A DNA stretch of 64,000 nt. It comes from Lophium mytilinum. Its lineage: Eukaryota. The stretch covers positions 1,076,606 to 1,140,605 of the forward strand of contig MU004196.1 of the NCBI GenBank assembly GCA_010093605.1. Reading direction: 5' to 3'. Shown one piece after another: positions 63,755 through 64,000 of this stretch. The position numbers and the translations under genes were made by a program. The notes beneath the pieces are model-generated. The model was not told the DNA's origin. It did no database searches and saw only the letters and a list, made by a program, of their open reading frames with translations. The stretch's first letter is position 1, and each line of letters starts with the position of its first letter.

Positions 63755-64000
63755 ACGGTGCGTAGGTAGTAATCAAAGTATTGGGACCCGAGTCTGGGAG
63801 TATTTCACTGCCGGAGGTAACAAGTGTCGCGCATTTTCATTATTCAGGAGCAAGTTTGATAGTGTCCCTTCCGAGCATGTTTATTCACGCACTATGCACC
63901 TCTCTAATGCTCGCTTAATCAAATTACCAAATCTGTTAAACCCAGGGGTATCCGAAGTTGTCATTCGCTCATTTTTTACGCCTTCGCTAATGCATCATGC

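Overview
This is eukaryotic DNA from a filamentous ascomycete (Pezizomycotina): spliceosomal introns with GT..CTRAC..YAG signals, RIP-type AT-rich blocks and a few N gaps. Two GC-balanced, mostly housekeeping segments carry nem1 (partial), an F-box-like gene, an SDR-CE4 deacetylase fusion, aco2/acoB, nuc-2/PHO81, crm1, ypi1, hem2, pex19, ubc9, pab2 and an Hv1 proton channel. They flank a ~20 kb transposon-rich, RIP-damaged island (~35.5-55.6 kb). The island contains a full-length Ty1/copia relic (264-bp LTRs, CTAAT TSD), several solo or nested LTRs, a TA-flanked MITE, HET and HeLo-like/ankyrin pseudogenes, an atypical hydrophobin and a lone O-methyltransferase. The most striking feature is a compact cell-death/immunity locus between aco2 and nuc-2 (11998-16661). 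It comprises an intact fungal gasdermin (RCD-1/HET-Q1-like), a convergent 754-aa protein that fuses a catalytically dead patatin-like domain to an intact subtilisin (S8) protease, and a divergent unknown protein with four CxxC-x18-CxxC repeats and a C-terminal hydrophobic helix. A second oddity is a bipartite motif, ATTCAY-N13-TTACATCYT, repeated in two intergenic arrays 27 kb apart. All family assignments come from motif recognition by eye; no database searches were run.
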